From Octopus sinensis (lineage: Eukaryota), in the NCBI RefSeq assembly GCF_006345805.1, contig NC_043003.1, forward strand, positions 21,204,001 through 21,268,000: 64,000 nucleotides of DNA, read 5' to 3'. The position numbers were made by a program, and so were the translations under genes. Shown here piece after piece: positions 38,836 to 52,600 of the stretch; within the stretch, counting starts at the first letter, position 1, and every line of letters begins with the position of its first letter. The notes under the pieces were generated by a model, which had not been told where the DNA came from, made no database searches, and saw only the letters and a program-made list of their open reading frames with translations.

Positions 38836-38959
38836 CACACACACACACACACAGTCTAGTATGTTGTGATTTTCAGAATGGATCAGCCATATAAAGACTT
38901 CTTTACTGGTTCGCTAAATTAACGTAAGATTGTGAGGGTTGATTGTAACGTGATGGAGA

Positions 38960-39445
38960 TTGTTAGTGGTAGCGATTGTGATTGTGGTGGTGGTGATTGT
39001 GTTGGTGGTGGTGGGGATTATGGCGATGGGAGTGGTGATTGTGATTGGAGGTGGTCCTGGGGCTGTATTGATGACTGTGGTTGTTGCTGTTGACGGTAGT
39101 GGTAATGGTTATTGTGATTCATGGTGGTGATGTCGGTGACTGGGCTTAGTACTAATGGTGGAGGTAGTGCAGGTGGTAGTGGTAGAAGTGATTGTAATGG
39201 TGGTAGTGGTGATTGTGGGGATGGTAGTGATGGTTGTAGTGGTGATTGTGGAGGTTGTGGTGGTGATTGTGGTGGTTGTAGTGGTGATTGTGGTGGTAGT
39301 AGTGGTGATTGTGGTGGTAGTAGTGGTGATTGCAGTGGTAGTAGTGGTGGTGATTGTGGTGTTGGTAGTGGTGGTGGCAGTAGTAATTGTACTAGTGATT
39401 GTGGTGGTGGTAGTGGTAGTTATGATTATGATTGGTGCTGGTGTT
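38960..39445. repeat. (GGT/AGT/TGT)-rich low-complexity tract with a 21-bp subunit
   Basis: GGTGGTAGTAGTGGTGATTGT-like units repeated. Confidence 0.85.
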
Positions 39446-40089
39446 GAGAGATGATTGAGACCTGAAGAGACAACTACAAGCTTGTTGAATGTAACTTAAT
39501 TTACCAACGACAATGAGTAGACCAGTCAGAGAAAGAGGCACAGCAGCAAAGTACATTAAAGATAGCCAAGATTACAGGAATCAATGGGATAAGTTTAGTA
39601 ATCTGTGGTGCTATATGATGATACTGAAATAGAATTGGCAATCTATTTGATATTTCGAGATCATTGCTATCACACTAAATTTGCTTGGATAGAAATAGAT
39701 ACAAAGTAGTCAAGCATTGATTCTGATGTGCAGTGTAATTCATATTTAAAGTCAACACAATTTCATTTCATTCTTTAAGGTATTGGTAATAATAATAATA
39801 ATAATAATAATAAATGCCCTGATGCAGTACCAGGCAGTGGCTCTCGTGGCTTCTGATCTAAACTGATTGGAAGTGTTATCATATACATTGTTTTGTCTTG
39901 GTGTAAAAGATGGGCTACAGCAAATATTCTGCTCTATACCACAGATTTGCTTGTCAGTTGTTTGACCTTATTCTATCAGTATTTGGCCATGGCCAGCTTT
40001 ATGAAGAAGGAAAGAAAACTTAAAAATTCTTTTGAAGGAAACATCAGTCAAAGGATGTTAGGTGGGGAGAGATTTTTTACAAAAAATTT

Positions 40090-40262
40090 GGCGCAGAAGT
40101 GGCTGTGTGGTAAGTAGCTTGCTTATGAACCACATGGTTCCGGGTTCAGTCCCATTGCGGGGCACCTTGAGCAAGTGTCTTCAACTACAGCCTCAGGTCA
40201 ACCAAACCTTTGTGAATGGATTTGGTAGACAGAAACTGAAAGAAGCCCGTCGTATATATGTT

Positions 40263-40304
<42 letters not shown>

Positions 40305-40522
40305 CTTGTGTGTGTATACATTTGTGTGTCTGTGTTTGTCCCCCCAACATCGCTTGACAACCAATGCTGGTGTATTTATGTACCCGTAACTTACCGGTTC
40401 AGCAAAAGAGACTGATAGAATAAGTACTAGCTTACAAAGAATAAGTCCTAGGTCGATTTGCTCGACTAAAGGTACTGCTCCAGCATGGCCACAGTCAAAT
40501 GACTGAAACAAGTAAAAGAGTA
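40090..40522 (+). mobile_element. SINE family A, full length
   Basis: Head, core, (TA)n and tail all present. Confidence 0.85.
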
Positions 40523-43270
40523 ATAAAAGAATTATTAAACTAAAAACTTGGTTTTGTACCTTGTCTTATATATAAAATACTACAATTAGCTAGTAATAAT
40601 AATAATAATAATCCTTTCTACTATAGGCAGAAGGCCTGAAATTTGGAGGGAGGGGTTAAGTCGATTACTCAACTGGCACTCAATTTATCAACCCCTGAAG
40701 GATGAAAGGCAAAGTCAACCCCCATCAGCATTTGAACTTCTGAACATAAAAACAGACGAAATTCTGCAAAGCATTTTGCCAAGCATGCTAACAATTATGC
40801 CAACTTGCCTCCTTAATCAATGTTCGAAAATTGATGTCATATATATATTTTGCATAATATTAGTCATTATAGATATCAATACCAATTTCTGACATAAAAA
40901 AGACACCATGCCCACTGAGGTGTCTTGAACTATGTATCTGTCACTTGTCAGATGGCCACGTTATTGATTATATTACTACAGCCTGTCTATCATTCCATCA
41001 TCTTCAATTGTGCACTAAAGACTGTCTTTGTTTTTTCAACTGTGCTATTGTTTATCTCAACAAGATAATCATATGACATGATTTTTTATTCGAGGAAGTT
41101 GTGTTTCTCTTCTTACAAGCATGACAATGAAGCAAAGCACAACTAGTTAAGACAGATATCATTATATGGAACGGACCATATTCAAGCAAAACTGGAGCCT
41201 CCATGTAACTATTCAGCCTGCAAGAAATAGCAGTCAAATTTTCCTGAAACTACATCTTACTGTCTTAAGTCAATAAATAGAAAGGGGGAAAGGACACATT
41301 AGACAATGTAGTCCTAGGATGCCTCTTAAGAAATAGCAAAATTACAAACAGTGGGATAGTTATAATTATAGTGTCTGTGGTCAGAAGTGTGGTTGATCAA
41401 GGTTGACCTGGGGCTAAACAACATTTGAGTCTTAGGTACTAAATAATGGAGCAGTTAGTATAGCCATGATAGTGTGCAATAACCATTACCAGAGCATTGG
41501 TCAAGCACTGTCTCACTCAGTTATATCAGCCTTAGAGTTCTTATATGAGTAGAACTGACTAGACAGTATTGGTCAAGCATTGCTTTTGTCAGTTACCTCA
41601 GTGTTATTGGTCTTGTACAAGTAAATCTGACCACACAATGATCACCCATTGTTTCATTCAATCCCCTCGGTATTGTAGCTCCTATATATAGAACTGACCA
41701 GACATCAATCAAGCATTGTTTTAGTGTTATAACTCCTAAAGAAGTAGAACTGACCAGATATTGGTCAAGCATTTCTCTAGTCAGTAGAGGCACATGGCTT
41801 GGTGGTTAACTGGCACTCCATCAGTTACGACAACAAAGGTTCCAGTTGATCTCACCAATGGAACAGCCTGCTTGTGAAATTAACGTGCATGTGGCTGAGC
41901 AACCCACAGACACGTGTACCCTTAACGTAGTTCTCAAGGATATTCATCACGACACAGAGTTTAACAAGACTGACCCTTTGAAAAACAGGTACTACTCATT
42001 TTGTCAGCTGAGTGGACTGGAGCAATGTGGAATAAAGGGTCTTGCTCAAGGACACAACGCGTCACCAGGAATCGAACTCACGACCTTGTGATTGTGAGCC
42101 AACTACCCTAACCACAAAGCCAGCACATGGCTTGATGGTTTGGGCATTGGATTCATGATTGTAGGATTGTGGTTTCAATTCCTGGACAAGGCAATGCATT
42201 GTATTCTTGAACAAAACACTTCATTTTATGTTGCTCCACTCCACTCAACTGGTAAAAGTGAGTAATCCTGTGACAGACTGGCATCCCATCCAGGAAGCAA
42301 CCAAGAAACTGGCCCTTTCCTCCTTACAGATTAATGTGAATTAACTATTATTTTAGTTGGCTCTGTCCGTATTTTTTCTATACACATGATATTGACCAGG
42401 GCTGCTCAACTATATTCACTACAATAACGTTCATCATCATCATCATGGCTGTTAGTATGGCCATGATAGTGTGCAATAACCGTTATCAGAGCATATGTGT
42501 GTGTGCGTGTATAAATGTATGTATGTATAAGTATATATATTGTTTGTAGAAATACAAAAATCTGAGGGAGAAGCACACTCTGAATATTTAGAGCAGTTAA
42601 TATTATAATGGGGAAGGCCAATAGCCAAGGCTGAAGAGAGACAATTGTTTACTTACGTGGTGCTTTGAAGACCTCAAGGTGGCGGCGCAGCCGAAACTCG
42701 ATGACCAATGGCAAAGGGAGATAATCACCTAGTGTATACTTTTATAGAGAGGCATTTAAAATAAAATAATAATAATAATAATAATGAAATTGTTGTATAC
42801 AGTGCTCAGGTGCACCACAATTTTCCCCTCCATATTTTGAAGAGGGCTTAGGCCAGCAGTGTTTGGGGTCTGAAGTTACTCCATAAGGCTCAACCCCTTA
42901 TGAGCGAGAAACCCAGGATAACCCCATAAACCAGACCCCATTATCATATATATATGTGTGTGTGTGTGTGTGTGGTCTTAAGTGTAACCAATCAGTTAAA
43001 ATTTTGCAAAAAACACAGAGAAGAGAATATTCTGTTTTTTTGCAGCTGTTGTGATCTTTCTTTTGTCGCACCTCCTTTTTATTTCTCACAGCAAAATAAG
43101 TTTCTTTTAATGGATTTATAAATCAGTCGATTAACACATGGATGTAATAGAGTTGTTTAATTGCTTCAATCGTTAAACTTCAGCTTTGGTGTATCAGCAA
43201 CTTCAAAAGTTTCAAGTTAGCTGTGTCAATATCCAGTACTTAATCGAGTATTCATTTCATTGGTTTATAT

Positions 43271-43722
43271 TGTAGGAAGTGAGGTTGGCACTGGAAGGGT
43301 ACTTCACAATTCCTTACATAGTCGTGGAAAGGAAAATAGCAGGAACAAGAATCTCCGAACAAATAACAATATTTATTTTTCTGTCTGTACAAGTGTTACA
43401 TCTCTGGACATTGGTTGCTTGGACGCCTTGGGGGTGGAAGCAGCAGGGTTAGTAGTCAGACACAATGATACAAAGGCAGTCACAAACTCACAACTCACAA
43501 TGTCGCTTGCTGTCAAAATTCCTGCTCCACGGTGCTGGTCCCAGTTGCATCCGCTTCGGTCAGCAGCAGGGGCGAAGAGAGAGAATGGCGGTCAAGCCTA
43601 GCTCCTGCTGATGACTGCGCATGCACATAAGGGGCTTCGGGCAGCCCTTCTGGAAGACTCTAATCCCTGTGCATGCGTGGATGAAAATCCAAAAATGGCA
43701 TCTGGAACCAGGCATCACTACA
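43271..43722 (-). mobile_element. Solo LTR (452 bp), probably Gypsy/Ty3
   Basis: Termini TGTAG...CTACA, 4-bp TSD ATAT at 43267-43270 and 43723-43726, AATAAA on the minus strand near 43375, GC- and CpG-rich relative to the flanks. Confidence 0.85.
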
Positions 43723-45299
43723 ATATTTACCAAATTGTTTTATTTGTTTTCATTCATTAAACTAAAGCCCTGAAGGACTTACTCAAACAAATTGACCCCT
43801 GTATTTATTTGTTAACGTTCGGTACTTATTCTATCCGTCTCTTTTGTTGAACTGCTAAGTTACATGGACATCAGCAAGCCAACAATGGTTGTCAAGCAAT
43901 GGTGGTGGGGACAAATGCATAAAAAAATGCATACACACACACGCACACGCACACTCATACACATGCACACACACACACATATACACATGCATATAGTTCA
44001 ACCAACACACAAACTCAACCACATATTTACAAACATCGACAATTCTCTTAACTCAAAAAGTCCTGTTGCTTTGTTAGCAACTAAACTGGTTGCTAACTCT
44101 CTCAAGAACTTAAATTAAACTCATAGAAAAATTTCACACATACACACACACACACATATGGTGCTAAAAGTAGAACACAAGAGAATAGGAAAATAAAAAA
44201 GTAGGAAATGTCTTTTACATTTTGAGCATTCACACTTCATCATCATCATCATCATCGTTTAACATCCGTTTTCCATGCTAGCATGGGTTGGACGGTTCGA
44301 CTGGGGTCAGGGAAGCCAGGAGGCTGCATGGTACCTTAGGCAAGTGTCTTCTACTCTAGCCTCGGGCCGACCAAAGCCTTGTGAATGGATTTGGTAGACG
44401 GAAACTGAAAGAAGCCTGTCATATATATGTATGTGTGTGTGTCTGTGTTTGTCCCCCCCCAACATCACTTGACAACAGATGCTGGTGTGTTTATGTCCCT
44501 GTAACTTAGCGGTTCAACAAAAGAGACCGATAGAATAAGTACTAGGCTTACAAAAAATAAGTTCTGGGGTCGATTTGCTTGACTAAAGGCGGTGCTCCAG
44601 CATGGCCTCAGTCAAATGACTGAAACAAGTAAAAGAGTAAATATGAAATCTTGTGGGAAATTTTTTTTAGATCACTGCAAACAGCAAGTTTATTATCATA
44701 TACCTAAAGATGGTCACAGGTGGCTTTGTATAAAAAAAGGTTAGTCAATGGACATCTTGGTTGTCTGTGGTTTATCAAACAACAAATCCCTTGTGTACAA
44801 TTGAACAAAGAAGCTTCTAAGTGGTTGCACAACCTGTTATGAATAGCAGTCAAATCTCCTTCATGTCACACCCCACTAATATTAAAGTTAGGAAACACAC
44901 ATTGGATAATGAGTTAACAAATAAAACACACTGTGTCTGAAAAAAGAAAGAAAAAGAAAAAAAGGGAAGGGATGGTCACAGCTGGAATGCTTTTCATCAT
45001 AGATATACTTTTCTAGATCAGAGCTGATCTGGCACCAAACAACAATAACAACCTAATTCTTTGTATGATTTACATATACCTGGAGAATGCTTTAATTCCA
45101 CTCTTTTCTCGGTGTTAGCTCTATAACCCTTTAGCATTCAGTATATGTTTTGCTTTGAATTAATCAAGTATTATCTTGTAACTTCAAGTTTTCAGTGATG
45201 TGATTGTTTATTTATAGAATGACATTGTAGGGTAGGTGTGAAAGGCCAGACTTTGCTGGTTTGGACATAAAACTTGTAGATCATTCAGACTGAAACTGC

Positions 45300-46100
45300 C
45301 ACTACCACAACCACCTTATTTATTCCTCTAAATCTTTAAACTTCACCACCAACCACTCAATCACCATATTTATTCCTGTAAACCTTTAAACTCCACCACC
45401 ATCACATTTATTCATGTAAACCTTTAACCCTTTCATTACTGAATTTCTGTTGAGATGCTCCGTGTTTCTTCCAATTATTTTAAATATAACAAAGCATTTA
45501 GTAAAATAACATCGTTATCGTTGAGCTAGTGGTAGGAACATAAATTGCGACTAAGATTTGGTGGAAGATTTGAATTCAAAACTTATGAAAACAAGACATT
45601 TGTACTAAAGAGCCAGAGCCGGTTTCAGCTGGGTTGGTAACAAAAGGGTTAAACTCCACCACATGTAAACCTTTAAACTCCACCATCATCACATTTATTC
45701 CTGTAAACCTTTAAACTCTACCACCATCACATTTATTCCTGTAAACCTTTAAACTCTACCACCATCACATTTATTCCTATAAACCTTTAAACTTTACCAC
45801 CATCACATTTATTCCTATAAACCTTTAAACTTCACCACCATCACATTTATTCCTGTAAACCTTTAAACTCTACCACCATCACATTTATTCCTGTAAACCT
45901 TTAAACTTCACCACCATCACATTTATTCCTGTAAACCTTTAAACTTCACCACCATCACATTTATTCCTGTAAACCTTTAAACTCCACCACTTCTATTCCT
46001 GTAAGCCTTTATAACTTCACCAATACCATCACCTGTAAACCGTTAAACTGCCACAACCATAGGCATTACCTTATTTATTTATTTCTGTAAACCTTTAATT
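45300..46100. repeat. 38-bp minisatellite
   Basis: Unit CACATTTATTCCTGTAAACCTTTAAACTCTACCACCAT; about 8 near-perfect units at 45665-45990 with degenerate units on both sides. Confidence 0.95.
45428..45648. mobile_element. piggyBac-like MITE inserted in the minisatellite
   Basis: TTAA-CCCTTTCATTAC ... GTAACAAAAGGG-TTAA; removing it restores a minisatellite unit (CCTTTAAACTCCACC). Confidence 0.85.
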
Positions 46101-46714
46101 CCTAACCTGAGAACTTGGCTAAGGTAGATATCCAGTCTATTTTGATGCCATATGTTATGTTAAGATATTGACCTAACAATGAAAATTATATATTTTGTCT
46201 ATAAGTGCTTAAGTGATGATCATAAGTATGTTATCACTACATCCCATAATAGCTGCCAAAAACATTTCTTGTTTTGTTTTCATGGTTAATGTTTCAAACG
46301 GTGTCTTTCAATCACTTTTCTAATTGCTTCCATCCCTCAAGTTATGAGAGAAGTAAATTCATCAAACATTTGCCAAAGACACTTACAGCTGTTGCCAAAA
46401 CAGATACTGATGTCAGTCTAATCTCTGGCACAAGTTGGGATTGTGTGTGTGTTTTTTTTTTTATTTTAATTTTAATTTTTATTTCTATATTCATTTACAA
46501 AAAGAAATAACATGTTTTTCTAACCATATTTCTAATGAAATTACACATGTCTATTTGTTTTTGTTAATTTTTAAAAATTAAAACAATTTTTTTTGAAGAC
46601 TTTAGTAAAATAACTAACTTCTCTATAATGAATGGCATTGGAAAATTTCCCTTCACCCCAAATTAAGCTGGTGTTTGGAACTTGACAAAAGGTTCTAATG
46701 TAAATATCATCATT

Positions 46715-47355
46715 GTCATCATCGTTTAACATCTGTTTTCCCTGCTGGCATGTGTTAGGCAGTTTGACAGGAGATGGCCTGCTGGGGAACCGTCCAGATT
46801 CCAACTGTTTGTTGTAGCATGGTTTCTATGGCTGGATGTCCTTCCTAATGCCAACCACTTTACAGAGTGCACTGGGTACTTTTCTACATGCCACTGGCAC
46901 GGGTGTGTTTACACAGCACCAGTACAAGTGCATTTTATGTGACTCCAGCACCTGTAAAGACCTGTATATAAGGATGACAGTGTGTCTACTTAGCCGGGCA
47001 CATCTCAAATACAGCAAATTGCTACAACTCCCAGTCCCTTCTAATTTCTTCATTGAAGCCCAGGATCCAAAGATCCTTTTTCACCATTTTCCTCCCACGT
47101 CTTCCTGTGTTTACCCTTTCCACAGGTTCCCTCCACATTTAAAGCTTGGCACTTATCATCATCATCCAGTGTTTTAAATTCAGGTTTTGTCCCTGTTAAT
47201 GGGGGTGGCTGGATCTACCTCAATGCCATAGCAACTGCCTCCACACCATCTCGTCATCTTGCCTAGTTTTGGGCATCCTCCTTTTTCAAACCACCCCTCC
47301 CAATCTCCTCCTCCACCTGTCCTCCCCAGCACCTTTTCTTCGGTCTACCTTGCTT
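46715..47355 (-). mobile_element. Two adjacent RTE LINE 3' ends
   Basis: Minus strand VEGTCGKGKHRKTWE..VKKDL (about 47040-47145) is joined to family C-like sequence, and a second GRPKKRCW-type end lies at 47160-47355. Confidence 0.6.
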
Positions 47356-49547
47356 TCTATATATTTTAATTTAGATATGAACACTTCAGAACGAGATGCC
47401 TTGTATAAATAATAACTTGGGGTGGTTTTAGACAAGTTAGTATAAACAGAGTTTACCCTTTTGACACCAGATCACATGAGACCATCTCCAGTTTCTGTGA
47501 TACCAACTTCCTTTTTTAAAGTGGACTAAGTTTGTAGAGGTGTGTGGCTTAGTGTTTAGAGTGTTAGAATCACAATCGTAAGATTGTGGTTTCGATTCCT
47601 GGATCAGGCAGTGCATTGTGTTCTTGAGCAAAAACACATCACTTCACGTTGCTCCAGTCCACTTAGTGTGGATTAGTGGTTAGGGAGTCAGACTCAGGAT
47701 TGTAAGATTGTGGTTTCAATTTCTGGACCAAGTGGTGCCTTGTGTTCTTGAGCAAAAAAACATCATTTCACGTTGCTCCAGTCCACTCAGCTGTAGAAAT
47801 GAGTTTAGGCAAAAGATGGATGGGCTCCACCAAGCTTTCTCGCCCAAGATATGCTGCATGGCTACAGCACTCCAACGACCACCAAGGGGTTGATGAACTT
47901 GTCTTGTCAAGTTGACCCCTTCGCATTCAGCTTACTCTGTCAAATGGAATGCTTATTCATTCACATTGTTTTGAATGACCATGCATTATTATCTCATAGT
48001 GTAAGGTGGTGAGCTGGCAGAATCATTAGCACGCTGGGCAAAATGCATAGCAGTATTTCGTCTGTCCTTACATTCTGAGTTCAAATTCTGCCGAGGTTGA
48101 CTTTGCCTTTCATCCTTTTAGAGTTAGTAAATTAAGCACTAGTTGAACACTGGGGTCGATGTAATCAACAGATCCCCTCCCCCAAAATGGCATCCCTTGT
48201 AGCAAAATTTGAAACCATTATTATGTCATAGCTTCAAGATTTCGATGATGTGATAGTTTATTTTTTAGAATGACATTGTAAAGTAGGTGTGAGAGGCCAG
48301 ATCTGATTGGTTTGAACATAAAACAGGTCAAATATTTGGGCTGGATATGACATCAATTATGTTCTATACACCAGCTGAGTAATGATAGTTATTTTACTAT
48401 TTTCAAATTTGATTGAAACAAAGACAATATATTTCAATGGAATCTTGGTAACAAAAGGATTAACAAGTACAAGTATTCTCACCATTGTTTTTTTTTTTAT
48501 GATTTCATATTATTTCATTTCATCTCAGTTTTTATTACATATCAGGGAATGGGCTTCCGAGAAAATTAATGACATAATTATACTATCTTTTATCTACAAT
48601 GGGCTTCTTTCAGTTTCCATGTACAAAATCCTCTCACAAGGCTTTGGTTAGCCCAAGGCTATATAGTAAAAGATACTTGCCCAAGGTGTCACATAGTGGG
48701 ACTGAACCTAAGCCATGTGGTTAGGAAGCAAGCTTCCTATCACAAGCCATGCCTGTGCCTATCTATTACATTATATTGTATTCCACATGTTATAACAAAG
48801 ATAAATCTCTTATGTATGTGGCACCATGAGTAATTGTCTTCTATAACCCTAGGCCAATCAAAGCCTTGTGAGGGGATGTGGTACAGAGAAACTGAAAGAA
48901 ATTTGCTGTGTGTGTGTTTGTGCTTGTATGTCCACAATAGCTCTAAACAAATGTTATTATCATGCAAGTAGTGTCATCTGTTTCTAGGTCTCCTGTGGAA
49001 ACATGTTCACACATAGGGAAATAAATACCTTAATTGAAAATAGGCACGGATTGTCTACAGGAGGGGCATCTAACCATAGAAAATTTGCTTCAATAAATTC
49101 CATCCGAACAATGTAATCATGGAAAAGTGGATGTCAAAAAGATGATGATGATATTCACAAATGCATAAATGTGTGTGTGTGTGCGTTTGCGTGTTCTATT
49201 CTGTATATCTCAAAACAGTCTTAATCTCCTTACAAGAGTATTTTAGTTCTGCACAAACCCAAAACTCACCAAAATAGTCTATTTTCCATAAATATCCAAG
49301 TGACTTGAGATGAGGTGTTGCTAATAAAGGTCATACTTTTTCTGGGCCATAAACTTCAACTTTAGAGACGAAAAACTTTTGAAGATATTTTTCTATGCCT
49401 ATTTACAATCTATTTGATTGGTTTCCAATTATTATTTAGGTATGGGGTAATGGACTAGATTTGAAACTATTTGTAAACTAACACCCTTATCTACTAAATC
49501 GCTGATTCATGTACAATTCATGTATATTTAGTAATATTTTCCATTTT

Positions 49548-49695
49548 CATTATTTACATCTGACGGATATTTGTCCTCATCTTGTTTGTTGTTAACACAA
49601 CATTTCAGCTGTTAGCAACAAACAAAATGAGGACAAATATCCGTCAAATGTAAATAATGTACATAATTCCTTATCTCTTAAATATAGAACTGTAT
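49548..49695. mobile_element. Penelope-like fragment forming a 50-bp-arm hairpin
   Basis: Arms 49548-49597 and 49610-49659, 12-nt loop, 3 mismatches. Confidence 0.6.
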
Positions 49696-51429
49696 TTTCA
49701 TTTTAATTCGATAATAATGGTAGTTATAATAATCCTTTCTACTAAAGGCACAGGGCCTGAAATTTTGGGGGTAGGAGGTTGATTACATTGACCCTAGTTT
49801 TTAAGTGGTACTTATTTCTCCTTCAATAAACACCATCTGATCTATGTGAGCATGGCTACCAAATTTCGTCTGCCATTACATTCTGAGCTCAAATTCTGTC
49901 GAAGTCGACTTTGCCTTTCATCCTTTCAGGGTCGATAAATTAAGTACCAGTTAAGCACTGGGGTTGGTCTAATCGACTTAATCCATTTGTCTGTCCTTGT
50001 TTGTCCCCTCTATGTTTAGCCCCTTGTGGGGTCTTGGTCCCCAACATTAAACTAAAAAGAAAGAAAACAAGAGTGAGCCATAACATGGTTGTTTGATCTG
50101 TTGGAAATAATAGCCAAATTTCTCTCAAATGAACACCAGCATTTTTAGAAAAGAAGCTTTGATTCACTCAGAACTATAGAAGATATTTCCCCCAGTGTTG
50201 TGATACAGAATGAAACCTGGAATAATCATCTGAATTGACCACCAAGTCCTGGGCAATTCATTAAATTGCATTTAGTGGCAAGGTCCCTGCTTGGGAATTC
50301 ATAAGCCTTGGGAAGCATAGAGTCACGAGAGCTCCTATGCCTGCACTGGCCCAGGATTTTGCTACCTGTCAAGGCTCCAATAATGAATCAATCAACAGAA
50401 GATTCAAAGGTGAGCCACATTGGCCCAACAGTGTAAGGACATACCTTGATGTCTTGGGAGTGAGTCTTTTTGGCTAAGAGCTAAAGAGGTTCTGTGCCTC
50501 AAACGTAAACCCAGGCAAGCAGAAGACTATCAGTGTAAATTGTAAATAAACTGGCAAAAAGCAACAGGAAACCACAGCTGTATCTTTCCCAAGAAAAATC
50601 AGTAATCTTCAGAATTTGGTATTGATGTCCACGGTTGCCAACACCTGTAGATATGGAGAGACAGGAGGGTTGTTAACTGTTATGTAGATTTGAATGTTTT
50701 ACGATATGAGGTTTTAAATAATATCAAAATAATAACAAAGTCTGTCGTAATTTAACATACTGAGCCAAGTTAGGCGCTCGATCTGCTAGATATAGCAGTC
50801 AACAGTCCCTCAAATCATACCCAACTCTCTTTAAAAGGAAAAAAAAACATACATTCACACACACACACACAGAAAATGCACTCCTAGATTTCCCCCACCC
50901 ATCAAAAGTCGAGATAGTCGTAGCTGGTGTTGATGTTTGCATCTAAACGATCTGGGCTGACTTGGTATTATTATATAAAAACGTCGCTATCAAGTTTCGT
51001 GTTCGTTAATAGTGTTCCACATGATCGCACTCGTTTGTTCATCCATGATTGCTTCCCTTGGACCCAGTGGAAGTCCAGTGGTTACGTGTGAATTGCGTGT
51101 ATTTATGCTTGTATACATGCAAACATACACACGCACACACACACAAACATGTTCTTTATTCTTTTAGTGGTTCAGTCGATGGAACATGGCTGTACTGGAG
51201 CACCGCCTTGTTTTTGTTTATTTATTAGTCTTTTTTTTTCAGCTTTATTTAAGTTTTATTGCTGAAAGTTAGTGTATAATTGAGTTTAGTGACAGTTGAC
51301 CTTCCTTGAGTATAACCTTGTAGAGTTGGTTGGCTCGGTATTTTGATTACATAAATACATGCATGCATGTATGAATGGATGGATGGATGGTGATGCAAAT
51401 AGGAAAAGTAGAACTCAAAATATGAGCGT

Positions 51430-51585
51430 AGGCGCAGGTGTGGTAAGTAGCTTGCTAACCAACCACATGGTTCCGGGTTCAGTCCCACTGCGTGGCACCT
51501 TGGGGAAGTGTCTTCTGCTATAGTCCCCGGCTGACCAATGCCTTGTGAGTGGATTTGGTAGACGGAAACTGAAAGAAGCCTGTCG

Positions 51586-51616
<31 letters not shown>

Positions 51617-51762
51617 CTGTGTTTGTCCCCCTGGCAATGCTTGACAACCGATGCTGTAGAATAAGTACTGGGCTTACAAAGAATAAGTCCAGGGGTCGAT
51701 TTGCTCGACTAAAGGCGGTGCTCCAGCATGGCCGCAGTCAAATGACTGAAACAAGTAAAAGA
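51430..51762 (+). mobile_element. SINE family A (internal deletion), followed by a family B dimer at 51775-52140
   Basis: Family consensus motifs with CpGs largely retained. Confidence 0.85.
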
Positions 51763-52149
51763 GTATATATATATATATATATTAATATTTAAAAGAATCG
51801 TTAGCACGCCGGGCGAAATGCTACGTTCTGAGTTCAAATTCCACCGAGGTCGACTTCGGGGTCGATTAAATAAGTACCTGTTATGCACTGAGGTCGTGTA
51901 ATCGACTTAATCACTTTGTCTGTCCTTGTTTGTCCCCTCTCTCTGTTTAGCCCCTTGTGGGCAACATAAAAATAAGAAACGTTAGCACACCGAGCTTAAT
52001 GCTTAGTGGTATTTCGTCTGTCTTTATGTTCTGAGTTCAAATTCCACCGAAGTTGACTTTACCTTTCATCGATAAATTAAGATCTAATCGACTGGATCCC
52101 TCCCCAAATAATTTCGAGTCTTGTGCCTAGAGTAGAAAGAATATGGAAC

Positions 52150-52188
<39 letters not shown>

Positions 52189-52199
52189 GGAAGATGGGA

Positions 52200-52600
52200 G
52201 AAGTGAAAGCGTTGCTCAATTACTATTTTCAAGGCTTCAGTGTCTAAATCGGAGACCTAGCCCGAATGCTTGCAGCAAACTGGACCCTGTTAAAGACAGT
52301 CCCAAGTAGTAGTGTTAAACCGGACGACAGATTAGGTCTTATTACAACCACCGAGCGCGCGCAGTTATAAGATGGAAATTATATGCTTCGATACTGTTGT
52401 TATTGTAATCATTGTGTAGTCTCCACCCGCCTTGTTCAATTCTTATTGAACGGACATAATATGTTTAACATTATCCAGTATATCCTTCCCTTTTCTTAAT
52501 ATGACGGTATGTGATATGCGGAAGATTTAGCTACTATTTCTAACGGCTTAGATGATAACTTTCAGGCTGCTCCTTCTTAGTTTGATTCAAGGTAAGCTTG
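52200..52600 (+). promoter_or_regulatory. Candidate promoter or first non-coding exon
   Basis: Local CpG retention, GAGCGCGCGCAG (NRF1-like) and AAGATGG (YY1-like) at 52353-52375, upstream (GA)n, and a consensus donor AAG|GTAAGC at about 52591. Confidence 0.3.

Noticed and set aside
39121-39447. Gly/Ser/Cys/Asp-rich 108-aa ORF resembling a structural or metallothionein-like protein
   Set aside because: It derives from a GGT/AGT triplet tract, an overlapping poly-Val frame is equally open, and there is no signal peptide or splice support.
45665-45990. CRISPR-like array of 38-bp repeats
   Set aside because: The units are directly adjacent with no unique spacers, the context is eukaryotic and there are no cas genes. 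It is a minisatellite.
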